Virus record (IMG/VR): IMGVR_UViG_3300028591_000134
Coordinates: 1 to 64,000 of that record
Strand: one strand, 5' to 3'
Length of the DNA: 64,000 bases
From: a virus
Lineage: Duplodnaviria; Caudoviricetes
Shown: positions 1-12,999 of the stretch, piece by piece
Position numbering within the stretch: position 1 is the first letter of the stretch
Layout of the letters: the number at the start of each line of letters is the position of its first letter
Translations under genes and position numbers: made by a program
Notes under the pieces: model-generated
What the model was told of the DNA's origin: nothing
The model's database searches: none
Seen by the model: the letters and a program-made list of their open reading frames with translations, nothing else

Positions 1-1
1 T

Positions 2-2548
2 ATATATCTACTCGCTTCAAACCCAAGCGAGATAAAGATAGATAAGACTACTGGACATTGGATGGTTGGCGGCGAAGATACAGGTTTTACTGCTAGAGGA
101 GAGAAAGGTGAGAAGGGAGACAAAGGTGATCCTGGAGAAGGAGTTGGAGATTATACTCAACTTAAGAACTTACCTAATTTAGCAAGAGTAGCGCTTACTG
201 GAGATTATAGTGATCTCGATAATAGGCCCACTATTCCTACTATACCTACTAGGATTTCTCAGCTTATCAACGATGCTGGGTTTGTAACCAATTCTAATAT
301 AGTTAAAAACTATTACAATAAAACTGAGGTAGATGAGATTTCGAACGGAATATTACAGACATTACCTATAGTTTGGTATGTTACTATAAACGATGATTTA
401 ACTTTACCAGATCGAATAGAGGAGCACAATTATTCCGAATTAATACGTATCTTGAATTCTGGACGTCAGTTATAGATTAAATTTGGAGCATATGATACTG
501 ACGACCAATGGTTGACGATAGATTCGTTTGATTGTAAGATAACGCTTGGCAAAGTTTATCTAGATGAAATAAGTTACAATGTTTTACACGAATTAATAGA
601 TGGGAACGCAAGTGTAAACGTAACATTATTGTCGCTAGAAAAAGGAGAAAATGACGAAATTTTAATAGAGCGTGATCTAAATTACGATTTAACGAAAATA
701 ACTGAAAACGCCGAACAAATATTATAGCTCTAGTCTTCTAAACAAAACACATTAGTATCGGGACGAAACATTAAGACTATAAACGGGCAATCTATATTGG
801 GTTCTGGTAATATAACTGTTACCGCAGAAGCTGCATATGTTCAAGAACAAGCTGATTGGAATTAGACAGATAGTACTGCTGTAGACTATATTAAGAACAA
901 ACCTACATATTTATCTAATTTTATAAACGATCTCAAATCGTTTAAATTTGGCTATTCGTGGGATCAGATTGACACTTTAACAGATGCTGGAGTATATATA
1001 GTAAATTATAATAGATATGCTGAACAAGCGGCAGATGCTATTGAAAACAATAAACATTTTATAGCTGTAGATACTATACGTACCACGTCTGTTTATGATG
1101 GACAATTTGTATTTACCACACGTATAACCCAAACCGACCTCACTGAAAATACATATAGAACTAAAATCACAATAGACGACAGTGGAGTTACTCTAGAGAG
1201 GCGATCAGAATTTAATCTACAAACAAATCAAGAGATAATATACATAAAAGATTATGTAACTGGAGAATGGGTATTGTACGATCAATATTAGCAGTAGATG
1301 GCTAATATTCAGATGTGGTCAGATTGGAAGTCAAAAGATGTTCGTGCAAATTGGAATGAGGTAGACGAAAACTCTTACGCTTTTATTGAAAACAAACCAG
1401 TGTTAGCTACAGTGGCTACTACAGGCTTATATAATGATTTGCAAGGCAAACCTAATATTCCAAACGAAGTTCAGTAGATTATAAACAATTCCAATTTTGT
1501 AACGCAATCTGATTTATCTGAGTTAGCCAATGTAGCCTTCTCGGGATCGTACAACGATTTAACAAATATTCCTGAGTAGGTAATTGTACCTACTAATGTC
1601 AGCGCGTTTACGAATGACGCAAGATATATTACCGAAGCCATTTTAAATGACACTTTAAATGGCGCTTTAAATAACTATTATACTAAAGCACAAATAGATG
1701 CAGCTTTAGCAGAAAGCGGTAATTTTAATCCGGAGTTATATTATACTAAAACAAATATAGATAATTTGTTAAACAGCTATTCTACTATTGTATCGACGAA
1801 TAGTAAATTAAATGGTAAGGTAGACGTAAGTACTTTTAATAATTTTAAAGGAACGCTCAAAAATGTTGCTACAAGTGGATCATATAGCGATTTAACAAAT
1901 ACTCCTACTAAGCTTAGTGATTTTGATAACGATGAAGGTTTTCTAACAGAACAAAAAAATTCTGATTGGAATGCTGTAAATGGTGTCGAAGAGATAAAGA
2001 ACAAGCCAGATTTATCTACATATGCGCAAAAAACAGATCTTAATGATTATGTTAAATGGTCAGAAATCCCTTATGGATTAGATCCATACTTAGTATCTGT
2101 TCCTGGCGATGATAATAGGCTATTGGCTGGATGGAATATGATAAGTGAAATAAATCAGTGGACTGAAATATATGATGACTGGATTAGTAATCGAGATAAT
2201 TATCATGTATATAAAGTTATCATGGAGGCTTCTCCAACAGATTCTGTTAGATATCAGCTTCGTTATTATTGGTCTATATTTGACACGGTTTTAGTAGACG
2301 GTAATGGAAATTTATATAGTCACGGCAATACTGTAGTGATGGACGGAAACGAGCATTCTGCAGGTTATAACGGTGATGTATGGCATTATAGAGATTATGA
2401 ACTGTCTTTTAGTAGTGGATCAGAAGAGAAATACATATTTACTATCGTTACGACTCCCAACGGTTTGGTTATAATTCAAGATACGCCAGGATTATCTCCT
2501 ACTATAACTGAGGATTAGTATATTACTTATTATGTTCCAAATCAATGA
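2..2548 (+). CDS. Tail fibre / receptor-binding protein, 5'-truncated by the window (TAG=Gln)
   Basis: I read one frame from 2 to TGA 2546-2548 with only TAG interruptions (at least 9). It has a collagen-like GEKGEKGDKGDPG run and repeated Bacteroidota-phage fibre modules (LAxVAxSGSYxDLxNxP, xSDWNxxD...IKNKP, YYTKxxID, LVSGRNIKTINGQSILGSGNI). The stop overlaps the portal ATG (ATGA). Confidence 0.8.
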
Positions 2549-5031
2549 TTAGACCTGAAGATAATTTATATAATTCGTATTTCCCTCAACAGAAACTCCC
2601 ACTGTCTAAAAAGAATGAACAATGGCAGCATGACTGTGTGAATTATATAATCGGAGAGGGAAATGTTGTATCTGGGGGAGCAACTAAGAGTAGATTCGGT
2701 GAAATACAAACTTATTATAACTTATACAATAGTATATTCGATGAGAAAGATTTTAAACGTATAACAAACCCGTTTAAAGTTGAAGATGGATTTCCCGCTA
2801 CTCCTCAAGATTTCAACATCATACGGCCGAAGATAGATCTTCTAATAGGTGAAGAGACTAAGAGGCCGATGAATTTTAGAGTGGTTCGTACATCTCAAGA
2901 AGCTGCGTCAGAACTTCAGGATAAGGAGAAGGAGATGTTGATGCAGTACTTGATGGCAGCTATTACTGCTAAGATGAGCCCTGAAGAACAATAGTAGTTC
3001 CAAGAACAGTTATAGTCTGGGGAGATTATGCCTCCCGAGGCTATAGCTAAGTATATGGACAAAGACTACAAAGATGTTGTAGAGAATACAGCTTATCATA
3101 CTTTAATGTACCTCAGAGAGAAACTCAATATAGATAATGAGTTTATTAAAGGTTGGAAAGACGGCCTTATCTCCGGTACTGAGATATACTATGTTGGTAT
3201 ACTTAATGATGATCCTTATTTGGAGCGTGTAAATCCTGTATTCTTCTCATATGATCAGTCACCAGACTTAGAGTTTATAGAAGACGCTTCTTGGTGCTGT
3301 AGGAGAATGAGAATGCCTGTAGCCGAAATATATGATAGGTATTACGACAAGATATCTGAGAAAGACTTAAATAAACTTAACGAGATGCTTACTGGTAGGC
3401 CTTCAAACGATATGGGAGATAAAGATAAAGTAGATAGCTTTGGTGGCATATCTATGCATATCTACGATAATCCTATATACGATCAGAAGACTCGTCACAG
3501 TATTAACGTTTGGCACTGCTGCTGGAAGTCATTCAAGAAGATCTATTATGTGACCTACGAGGATGAGAACGGAGAAGTACAGACAGAGATTGCTGACGAA
3601 AGCTATAAGAAGTTAGGTGTTGAGATTTCTGTTGAACCTGATTGGATTATAGAGGTCTGGGAAGGTTATAGAGCCGGAAACGACTTATACTTTGGTATAC
3701 AGCCGATAGAATATCAACACATAAGTATAGACAATCCTAATAGCCAAAAGCTTCCTTATACAGGTGTTATATACAGTAACACTAACAGTAGGCCTAGAAG
3801 TCTCGTTAGTATCCTCAAACCATTACAGTATATGTATATTGTATTGTGGTACCGTTTAGAGCTTGCTATAGCTAGAGATAAGGGTAAGGTTGTCAATATG
3901 GATATCACACAGATTCCTAAGTCTATGAATATTACTCCAGAGCGGTGGATGCATTACTTATCTTCTGTAGGTGTAAACTTCATTAATCCTTACGAAGAGG
4001 GATGGAATGTTCCTGGACGAGAGGGAGGTAAGCCTGCCACATTCAATCAAATTACTTCGTTAGACCTCACAATGTCTAATGTCATTGCTGAGTATATTCA
4101 GTTGATGGATAAGATTGAACAGCTTGCAGGTACTATATCTGGTATTACAGAACAACGTGAAGGTGCAATTAGTTCTAGTGAACTTGTAGGTAACGTGGAA
4201 CGCAGTGTTGTACAGTCTTCTCATATTACAGAACCTTTATTCTGGATGCACAATCAGTGCAAACGTCATGCTCTCAACATGCTGTTAAATACAGCTAAGA
4301 GTGCTTGGGAGGCAAGCGGTAAGAAAAAGCTTAGCTACGTATTTGATAATGGTGAGCGAGCATTCTTAGATATCAATCCTAAGTTCTACTATGAAGACAT
4401 GGATGTGTTTGTAAGTGATACTTCTAAGGATATGGAGAACATACAGAAGTTACAGCAGCTTATCCAACCTGCTATGTAGAATGGAGCATCTCTATTAGAA
4501 GCTGCAGAAGTACTTACAAACGATAACTTTAATATCCTTAAGCAGAAGCTACAAGATATGCAGACTCGTCAAGAACAAGCTATGTAGCAGCAACAACAAG
4601 CTGAACAAGAACAAGCTGTGCAGATACAGCAAATGCAGAATGAGATGCGTGAACAAGAGCTTATGCTTGAAGAGGCTAAGATGGATCTTGAGAGATATAA
4701 GATTGATGCTGACAACCAGACTAAGATTGCTGTAGCTGAGATATCTACTTATCGTGGTACAGAAGAGAAGGATATCAACCAGAACGGCGTACCTGATCCA
4801 GCAGAGATGTATGACATTGCTATGCAGCAGTAGAAGATACGTTCTGAAGAGTTTGTTAAAGACCGTGAGATCAAATACAAGAAGGACATCGAAGATAAGA
4901 AGATTGAACTCGAAAGAGACAAGATGAAGCACGAGATGGAACTTCAAAAGTAGAAGGACGATGCTGCTCTTGAAAGAGAGAAAGTTAAAGGCCGTTACGC
5001 ATTGCGTAATAAAACGAGTGGGGAGAAATAA
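2545..5031 (+). CDS. Portal protein, 828 aa (TAG=Gln)
   Basis: Track ORFs 2545, 3028 and 4618 share a frame and are joined by TAGs in Gln-rich context (EEQ**FQEQL*SG). It ends at TAA 5029-5031. Sequence resembles crAss-like portals (NIIRPKIDLLIGEE, ISGITEQREG, Q/E-rich coiled-coil C-terminus). Confidence 0.9.
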
Positions 5032-5033
5032 TC

Positions 5034-5735
5034 ATGGGAGAAAATTTAAGAAACCGAGCCCTCTAGTATTATATTTCTAAAGGGCTTTCTCCACAGGCTG
5101 CCGCCGGACTGGTCGGGACTCTTATGAGCGAAAGTTCATTATCTCCAGATAGCGTAAATCCTTCGTCGGGCGCATATGGTCTTGCTCAATGGCTAGGTCC
5201 TAGAAAGAGGGAGTTGTTTCGTAGATATGGAAACAAACCTACATTTGAGAATCAACTCGATTACACATGGCACGAAATAAATAACACTCATAAAAATGCT
5301 TTAAAATATTTACAAGCTGCTAGGACTCCAGAAGAAGCAGCAAGAGCTGCATTTGGATATTATGAATTTATGGTAGGCCCCGATAAAGCTATTGCAGAGA
5401 TGTAGAAATACGGGCAAAACGGAAAAGCGTCGTTGGCTTAGAAAATAAAGTATGCTAACGATATATATAATGGCACATACGGTAATAATTCTATGCGTGC
5501 ACCTATCATAAAGAAGTACGGTACCGGTCTAAATACTACATATGATGCCGGTGAACTCCCAGAGTTAGTCGTAACAGGGAATAAACCAACTTTAACACTG
5601 CCTAGTGTAAGACAGTCTCAGGAACAAGCTATGGGGAAAGCCTTAACTAAAGCTTCAGGATTTAATCCAGATGCTCTTATGTGGGAACAGTATACTCCAA
5701 CTTATAGACCTTTAATGATACCAGGAATACAATGA
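5034..5735 (+). CDS. Virion-associated phage tail lysozyme domain protein, 233 aa (TAG=Gln)
   Basis: AAAGLVGTLMSESSLSP...GAYGLAQWLGPRK...QLDYTWHEI matches the phage tail lysozyme (Phage_lysozyme2-type) pattern. Three TAGs are read through. Confidence 0.8.
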
Positions 5736-5905
5736 CATACTCTGAAGAACAAGAGCTCTTAGAGCTTACTAGATAGAATAATATATTACTTAGGATGATA
5801 CTGTAGTTAGTATAGCATGACGAGAGTAATGACTTTATACATAATATAATAGCTAATCTATTAGCAAATAAGATGGAGGGTAATACATATGCGTAGAGAT
5901 AGTAA
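5732..5905 (+). CDS. Small hypothetical protein, 57 aa (TAG=Gln)
   Basis: The ATG overlaps the upstream TGA (ATGA). MTYSEEQELLELTRQNNILLRMIL... ends at TAA 5903-5905. It is absent from the ORF track because of TAGs. Confidence 0.6.
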
Positions 5906-7943
5906 AGCTTTTAGAGAACGGTTCTAGAGATGGAAAGCTGGAGAGACTGTATATGACGCAGGTAGACCTATAGAACATTATGCGTATGGAGAGGAAGGTG
6001 ATAAGATATACGCCCCTAACGGAAAATATGCGATTACTGGCCAATTATATGAAGATTGGCGTCAACAAAACTAGGCGTCAAGAGCAGCAATAGAAGCCGC
6101 TGCGAAACAACCTGTATTAAAGCCAGAGACTAGAAGTCGTTCTGAATTACAAAGGCTCCATACGCAAGCTGCCGCAGATAGACAACGCATTAGAGAAGAG
6201 TAGTAGAAACAGAAGAACGAAGAGGCTTTCTGGAATCTTATAAATCTTACATCTCCTTCTACTTACGTAGGCCAAGCTATAGGGTAGCCTATCACAGGTG
6301 TTGCTGCTTTAGCTACAGACGCACTTGCTTTTGGCACCGCAGGAGCTCTGAAGAGTGGTGTTAAAAGTGTAATAAATACTGCTGGTAGGGTCGGTAGTGC
6401 TGTAAAAGAAACTATAAACTCAGCAGTAAATAAACTTCCGTGGACATACAGAATACCTGAAAATCCAAATATGGCCTATAGAAGAATGAGCCCACTTGAG
6501 AGAGATTGGCTAATGGAAGGCAATGAATTAAGCACTCGTTCTACTAATGTTTTAACTGAAACTGAGAGAGAGGCTGCTGTTGCAGCAGAAAAAGCCGTAA
6601 ATCCTAATAGAAGATTTGTTCTTTTTAAAGCTGGGGCTGAACACGGGGGAAGAAAGCAATTTGCTAAAGGACAACCTTGGAGAGGAACTACTGTTACTCA
6701 TGGTGAAGAACAAGTCCTTGCCATTCCTGGAGAAGGCCTGCCTTGGGTTTCCGGCAGACATTATAAAGGTCCACAAGGAACTGGATTTAGAGTTGGAGAT
6801 GTTCCATTCGAAGAAGCTCCTTTTGGTTCACACATTGATTTATTAACTGAAGAAGGTTATACAGGAGTGAACCCTTCTTTACTCGATGGTTCTGTAATAT
6901 ATTCTCCATTTAAAATATTTGGACATAACTTTGGATATAAGAAATTATATCCAGCAAATACATCTACTCCTCGCGGTCTCCTATCTGATGAGCCTCTGAT
7001 TGCTAGAGGCACTCCTGATATTACAGCTGATGGTAAAGGGGTTAGAATTCCTTTAGGAGAAAGAGATAACTTTAAATTAAATGATATTAGATACGGTATA
7101 AGTACTGATACATCTCCATACAGTCTTCCTGGAGCAGGAAACAAATTTGAAAAATATTTGTACGACATTATCACCAACCGTTCTGCAAAAGAGCTTATTG
7201 AAGAAGGAGACCCTATTCTCCCGTGGACAAGTGGGCAAGTTGTTGACATGAATACCTCGGACGAATTAAAATAGATGTATTACAATTCAGTGCTTCCGAG
7301 AATGCGCGATATGCGCGTAGGGTGGCATGGAGGATTGATACGGCCCACTGTAAAATCTAATGTAGACGCTGCTTTGGAAAGAGGGTATTCAGTCTATGAT
7401 AAAGATATATGGAATAAATCGTCAGCATCTTCGTATGAAGGATTTTATAATAATGATACTGGACACATTGCTATAAAACAAGGATCTGAAGATTTTGCTT
7501 TAGGGCATGAATATAGACATCGCCTGGATAAACTTCTTCCGAAAAGTCCGACAGAATCTAATATACTAGAAGGTGCTTATGATATCGATTTTCTAAAATT
7601 GTCTGAATATTACCCAGAACTTAAAGGTATACGCATGGCAGATGAAGCGGTAACTACAAATTTCGATGCCAGACTGTAGGCTATCGGAAAATATCACGCT
7701 CTTAATACGGACTGGAAACTATAGAATAAAATAATAGACAAACTTTCTGACGACGAAATAATAGACGCTGTACACAATTCCAACGGTTATGGCCGCAGAT
7801 ATATATTGTGGTTAGAAAATAACGGAAAATTAGATACGAATGCGGCAAGAAAAGCGTTCGCTGACAAACATCGGAATGCAATGAAATTTGTAGGAGCATT
7901 TGGTGTACCTGCGACATTAGCTTTACCGCAACTAAACAAATAA
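5889..7943 (+). CDS. Putative virion cargo protein with zincin-like HEYRH motif, 684 aa (TAG=Gln)
   Basis: Continuous frame joining track ORFs 6471 and 7275. It has a Gly/Ala hydrophobic segment and a HExxH motif (LGHEYRHRLD), and ends at TAA 7941-7943. Confidence 0.75.
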
Positions 7944-7983
7944 CAGAATAAACTGTAACAAATTAAAATAACTATATTGCAAT

Positions 7984-9147
7984 ATGGCAAGAAAAAAGAA
8001 TACAATTCCGAGCGGATTTGATGATATACTTGGAAACATCTATTCCAACGCTGAGATCGGCGAAGGAATTACAGATGTCGATGAAGTACTTACACCAAAT
8101 ACTCCACTCGTTGAAGATGATGATATAGAAGAACCGCCAGTGAATACTGAGGACGGCAATAATGAGGATGACACTGTTGATTCAAATGATGACGACAGTC
8201 AGATTCCCGAAGGCGTATTAAATGATACGCAAAATATAGAAGATCAAGTAGAAACGCAAATTGAGGAGCCTGTTACAGAAGATACAGATCCTACAGATGC
8301 AGATGTACATGAAGCACAGTAGGTATCACTCCTCTTTGATGCAGTTGCGGAATCGCTTGGTTGGAATATGGCAGATATTGATGATAAAGACAAGCCTGTA
8401 ACTGTAGACGAGCTTACAAACTATCTGGCAGAAACAGTACGACAGAATTCTATTCCTACTTACGCTGATGAGCGTATACAAGCTCTTGACGAGTATGTAA
8501 AGAATGGAGGTAAGTTTGAAGACTTCTATAGTGTACAGAAAGAAGCTTTGGATTTGGATTCAATAAATTTGGAAGACGAAAACAATCAAAAAGCAGTTGT
8601 GAAAGAGCTTCTGAAATATGACGGCTATACAGATGATCAAATTAATAAACGTTTGTCAAGATACGAAGATGCCGACATGTTGTATGAGGAATCTGAAGAT
8701 GCTCTAGAGAGATTAAAAGGTATCAGGCAGAAACAAGCTGAACTTGCTGCACAATAGCAGGAAGAGTATGCTAAACAACAGCAGGCTCAGCAAAGAGCTT
8801 TCTTTGAAGATGTGACTAAACAGATTAGTCAGCTTACTGATATTAGAGGCATCGCCATTCCTAAAGAAGATCGCAGAGCTCTGTTTGACTACATATTTAA
8901 AGTAGATCAGGACGGAGTATCACAATATCAAAAAGATTTTAATAAGAATCAAACTAAAAACCTTATTGAATCTGCGTACTTTACTATGAAAGCTGATGCT
9001 CTTATCTCTAGTGCAAAAAAGAACGGTGAGTCATCCGCTGCTGATAAACTTAGGAAAATGTTAAGGCATAGTACAAAGAATCATAGTACATATAATGCCG
9101 ATGAAAAGTAGAAGTCAGTATTAGATCTTGCATCAGGTCTATTCTGA
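7984..9147 (+). CDS. Acidic scaffold-like capsid assembly protein upstream of MCP, 387 aa (TAG=Gln)
   Basis: Three in-frame track ORFs joined by TAGs, ending at TGA 9145-9147. It has a very acidic N-terminus and a coiled-coil C-terminus, and sits in the position conserved before the MCP in crAss-like phages. Confidence 0.75.
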
Positions 9148-9170
9148 GAAAAATCAATTAAAAATAATAT

Positions 9171-10694
9171 ATGAACAATACAATTCTTAACAATCTCCAG
9201 CTGTATCGTGGACGTCGTTTCTCGGACCTGGTAGATGAGAACATGATTTCTAATGCACTGCTCACTAAGCCTCATGAGGTGAGTGGTCTTCTTTCACTGG
9301 TGTTCGGCACTAAGGACGATGGTGTGTCGACAGCCATTGATCTGATTACCGGTGGTCTGGGTAAGACCATGATTATTGAGAATCGCGAATATGAGTGGTC
9401 TGTGATGGTTGATAGCGAGCATGCTGTTAACATCCGTTGGGCTAAGTGGAATGGTCAGACAATCGATCTTTCTAACTATGCTACTCTCACTCCTGGTCTG
9501 AATGGTACTCCCATTTATCTCGGCCTTGAGGAGCGTTGGTTTGGTCCTGGCGCAATCCTCTCATTCGATGATGTGAACTTCCAGGTTCGCGTTAATGGTG
9601 TTCCCTATCAGGATGGCAGCACTTGGGTATATGAGTGCTATGTTGCTGAGGGTTTCTCAGGTGCTTATATTCCTGGTGAGTTCCTGATGCCAGGTCGCCA
9701 GGTGAGCCGTATCGGTTCAGCTTACGAGGAGTACAGTGATGAGGCAGATATCATCAACTATCAGACTCCGTTTAAGATGCGTAACAATCTTACTACGCTT
9801 CGTCTGAGCTATGATATCACTGGTGATGCTTATAGCACTGTCCTCGCTATTGCTCTGAAGGATCCCGAGTCTGGTAAGACTTCATATCTCTGGTCTGACT
9901 ATCAGTACTGGATTGCTCTTCGTGAGTGGAAAAAGCGTGAGGAGAAGTTCCTCCTGTTCTCTAAGTCAAATCGTAATGCCGACGGTACTTATGCTATGAA
10001 GGGTACGAATGGACGTCCTGTTCCCATCAGTGCTGGTCTGTTCGAGCAGATTAGCCCCGCTAACGTTCGCTATTACACTCATCTGACTGCAGAGCTTCTT
10101 GAGGATTATCTGTTCGATCTCTGCTACAATATCCTCGGCACCAACGAGCGCAAGTTCATCGCTCTGACTGGTGAGATGGGTATTCGTGAGTTCGACCGTA
10201 TCCTGAAGGAGAAGGTGGCTTCCTTCAATATGATTGACACTGTGTTCGTGACTGGTAGTGGTCAGAACCTCACCCTTGGTGGACAGTTTACTACTTATAA
10301 GATGACCAACGGCATTGAGCTTACTCTCAAGCGTTGTCCTCTGTTTGACAATATGGAGATGTTCCGTCAGCTTCATCCTCTGACTGGCAAACCCCTTATG
10401 TCATATACGTTCCTGTTCGTTGATCTCGGTCAGCGTGATGGTCAGGCTAACGTTGTGAAGGTTTGCCGTAAGGGTCGTGAGTTCGTACAGTGGTTCACTG
10501 GCGGTTCTGTTGCTCCTAACGGTTACGCTAACAGTATCACTACGCTGCGTTCTAACAGCCGTGATGGTTACCAGGTTCACTTCCTTGGTGAGATGGGTAT
10601 CATGCTTCGTAACCCGCTGTCTTGCGGTATTCTGTACTGCGATGCTGAGGATACTGAGATCTCCAACGATGGAGCTTTCATGGTCGGAGCCTAA
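9171..10694 (+). CDS. Major capsid protein, 507 aa
   Basis: crAss-type MCP motifs (MRNNLTTLRLSYDITG, ALTGEMGIREFDR, GGQFTTYK, DGYQVHFLGEMGIMLRNP), strongly biased high-expression codon usage, no internal TAG. Confidence 0.93.
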   Translation: MNNTILNNLQLYRGRRFSDLVDENMISNALLTKPHEVSGLLSLVFGTKDDGVSTAIDLITGGLGKTMIIENREYEWSVMVDSEHAVNIRWAKWNGQTIDLSNYATLTPGLNGTPIYLGLEERWFGPGAILSFDDVNFQVRVNGVPYQDGSTWVYECYVAEGFSGAYIPGEFLMPGRQVSRIGSAYEEYSDEADIINYQTPFKMRNNLTTLRLSYDITGDAYSTVLAIALKDPESGKTSYLWSDYQYWIALREWKKREEKFLLFSKSNRNADGTYAMKGTNGRPVPISAGLFEQISPANVRYYTHLTAELLEDYLFDLCYNILGTNERKFIALTGEMGIREFDRILKEKVASFNMIDTVFVTGSGQNLTLGGQFTTYKMTNGIELTLKRCPLFDNMEMFRQLHPLTGKPLMSYTFLFVDLGQRDGQANVVKVCRKGREFVQWFTGGSVAPNGYANSITTLRSNSRDGYQVHFLGEMGIMLRNPLSCGILYCDAEDTEISNDGAFMVGA

Positions 10695-10714
10695 TTATAA
10701 GATATACTAATCAT

Positions 10715-10739
10715 AGCTAGGGGTTTTATCCCCCTAGCT
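10715..10739 (+). terminator. Stem-loop after MCP (terminator/attenuator or mRNA stabiliser)
   Basis: AGCTAGGGG-ttttatc-CCCCTAGCT is a 9-bp perfect stem 20 nt after the MCP stop. There is no strong poly-U tail. Confidence 0.6.
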
Positions 10740-10769
10740 CCCTGATTATATTCAATTCTAATGTAAATT

Positions 10770-11522
10770 ATGGTAGTTGAATTAAAGATTAAAAAGAAGA
10801 ATCCCTGGGCAGGGTTGATTAAGTATAAGAGCTGTTTTGATTATATAGCTCCTTATTATACTCGTTCCGGGTCGATTTATACGGGTCTTACACCCGAAGA
10901 TGAAAGATATTTTGAGAAGGCTCTCGGTTATGAGGAGGGTCATCTTTCAAAGTCCAGTGATTTCTGGACAACATTTTGTGTTAAAATTGGATCGAAAACT
11001 TTACTCCTTGACGATTCTATTCCCCGTCAAGCAATGATAATCAAGTTCCTTAGTGGACATAAGCGTGTAGCTACGTCTCTTGATACTCTCAATGCAGGTA
11101 AAGACTACCTTTTGATTAATCGCGAAGCTGAGGCTATAGAGGCCAATAAGCAGAACAAACTGCGTAGAGATGCTATTAAAGAGTTTGACAAGCTTAGTCT
11201 TGAGCAGATGCGTAAATGCTTGCGTCTGTTTGGAGTTAAGGCTGACACGATGTCTAATGAGCTTGTAGAGTCTACGCTGTTTAATATGATCGATAAGAAT
11301 CCTAAGAGGTTCTTTGACAAGTGGGTAGACAATAAGTCTAAGGAAACAGAGTTCATCCTTGAGGAGGCTATAGCAAAGGGTGTTATCCGTAAGGATAAGA
11401 CACATTATTTCTACGGAACCGATATGTTTGCAGATAGTCTTGTAGATGCAATTGCTTACTTAGATAATAAGAAGAACCAGGATTTAAAGCTTTCGATAAT
11501 CAACGAAACAAATAATAAATGA
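10770..11522 (+). CDS. Conserved crAss-like protein downstream of MCP, 250 aa
   Basis: Intact ORF without TAG. Position and C-terminal EEAIAKGVIRK...YFYG...DAIAYL pattern are typical of the gene that follows the MCP. Confidence 0.75.
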   Translation: MVVELKIKKKNPWAGLIKYKSCFDYIAPYYTRSGSIYTGLTPEDERYFEKALGYEEGHLSKSSDFWTTFCVKIGSKTLLLDDSIPRQAMIIKFLSGHKRVATSLDTLNAGKDYLLINREAEAIEANKQNKLRRDAIKEFDKLSLEQMRKCLRLFGVKADTMSNELVESTLFNMIDKNPKRFFDKWVDNKSKETEFILEEAIAKGVIRKDKTHYFYGTDMFADSLVDAIAYLDNKKNQDLKLSIINETNNK

Positions 11523-11542
11523 TCTAACGATCGAATAGAGAT

Positions 11543-12229
11543 ATGACGCATAACAACATATATAATAAATTCCTGATTGAATATGACAAGGCTAATGTTA
11601 CTTCGTCATATCCTTCGTTGACAGAATATGAAGCTGCTACGATTTTCGATAAAGCGTACAATGCGTTAATAGCTCAGAAAGTTACAGGAAATAATGTTCG
11701 CAGAGCTCCTTTTGAAGCAGATATAAAAGCTATATCGGATCTACAAGGACTGGTTGTGATATAGAATTAGAAACAATTATCTAATTCATTTAACATCGCT
11801 TCATATAATCTTCCTTCGGACTTCTTATATTTCGTAGATGCATATTTAGGACAGCGTCTCGATAATCCAATGGATGATATAGAAAAGAGACTTGTGAACG
11901 TACAAATGGTAGATCATCAAACGGCTAATAAGTTTATAATAAATAACTCAAATATGCCGTGGATCAAACATCCAGTAGCTTACATAGAGGATGACAAAAT
12001 AAATATAGTGTACGATCCTTATGATAAGCCAGACACAGATCATCTCTCCATTACGTATATTAAACAACCGTAGAAGTTCGTAAAAGAGAATCTGTTTGAT
12101 GATACTGAGTTTGAACTTAATGATACTGTAGCAGAAGAGCTAATAAGCTTAGCAATATCATTTGCATTGGAAAACGTAGAATCGCCTAGATTGAATACTA
12201 AACTTAATATGAGAGGACTTGAAGCATGA
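11543..12229 (+). CDS. Head-tail ring/connector protein, 228 aa (TAG=Gln)
   Basis: Read-through of 3 TAGs gives a TGA overlapping the next ATG. Contains the LP.DFLYF and ITYIKQP ring-protein-like motifs. Confidence 0.7.
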
Positions 12230-12999
12230 CATTAGAAGAAACAAGACAATTAGGTATTGAGTTTGAGAGGCGAATTCAAACCATGATTCCAGAAACTGAA
12301 CTTTATCGTAAATTAGATACAGAGACTATATACTCATTCTTAAATCAGTATCAAGATAAGTATATACATGATATATACAATAATCTCGATAATATGCCTT
12401 CAGGGTCTAAAGTATCTGCAAGGTTTGAAAGAGTATTACAGGAAATGCTAAAGTCTGTAGATCTTGTAGATTGTACAGAAGACAATAAGTATAGATCTAA
12501 GACGTTTACATTACCTAAGGACTTCTATCTGTATCTTAACAGTACATCTACTGTAGAAAAATCGTATAGGTTTAAACAAGAAGAGAATACCGGTGGAGTA
12601 GTTCCTAATCAACTTATTTCAAGAATAGATTTGCACAAGCTGATAGAAACTCCATACGATTCCATGAGAATACTTAGGAAACCTGTAGCAGTATTAGAAC
12701 AATACTCCGAGGGTCTTCCTAGAATAACTGTAATATACGATAGATATACAGAAGCTACAGGAATTACAGTTACATATTATAAAGAACCTGCTCATTTTAC
12801 CATACTTGATTCTACTGCATGTGAGCTCCCTATGGACGCATTTGACGACCTTGTGAGTGGTGCTGTAGAGCTTTATGTACAATATGTAGCAGGTGCTGAA
12901 TCTAAACGTAGACAACAACAAGAAGCTGCTTAGAAACGAGCTAGAGAAGATTAGAGAGATGCTCGTAGAAGCGGCGGTAATCAAGATGAACAAGCATGA
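12226..12999 (+). CDS. Head-tail ring/connector protein, 257 aa (TAG=Gln)
   Basis: Paralogue-like motifs (TLPKDFYLY, TYYKEP, CELP). Read-through ends at TGA 12997-12999, overlapping the next ATG. Confidence 0.7.
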
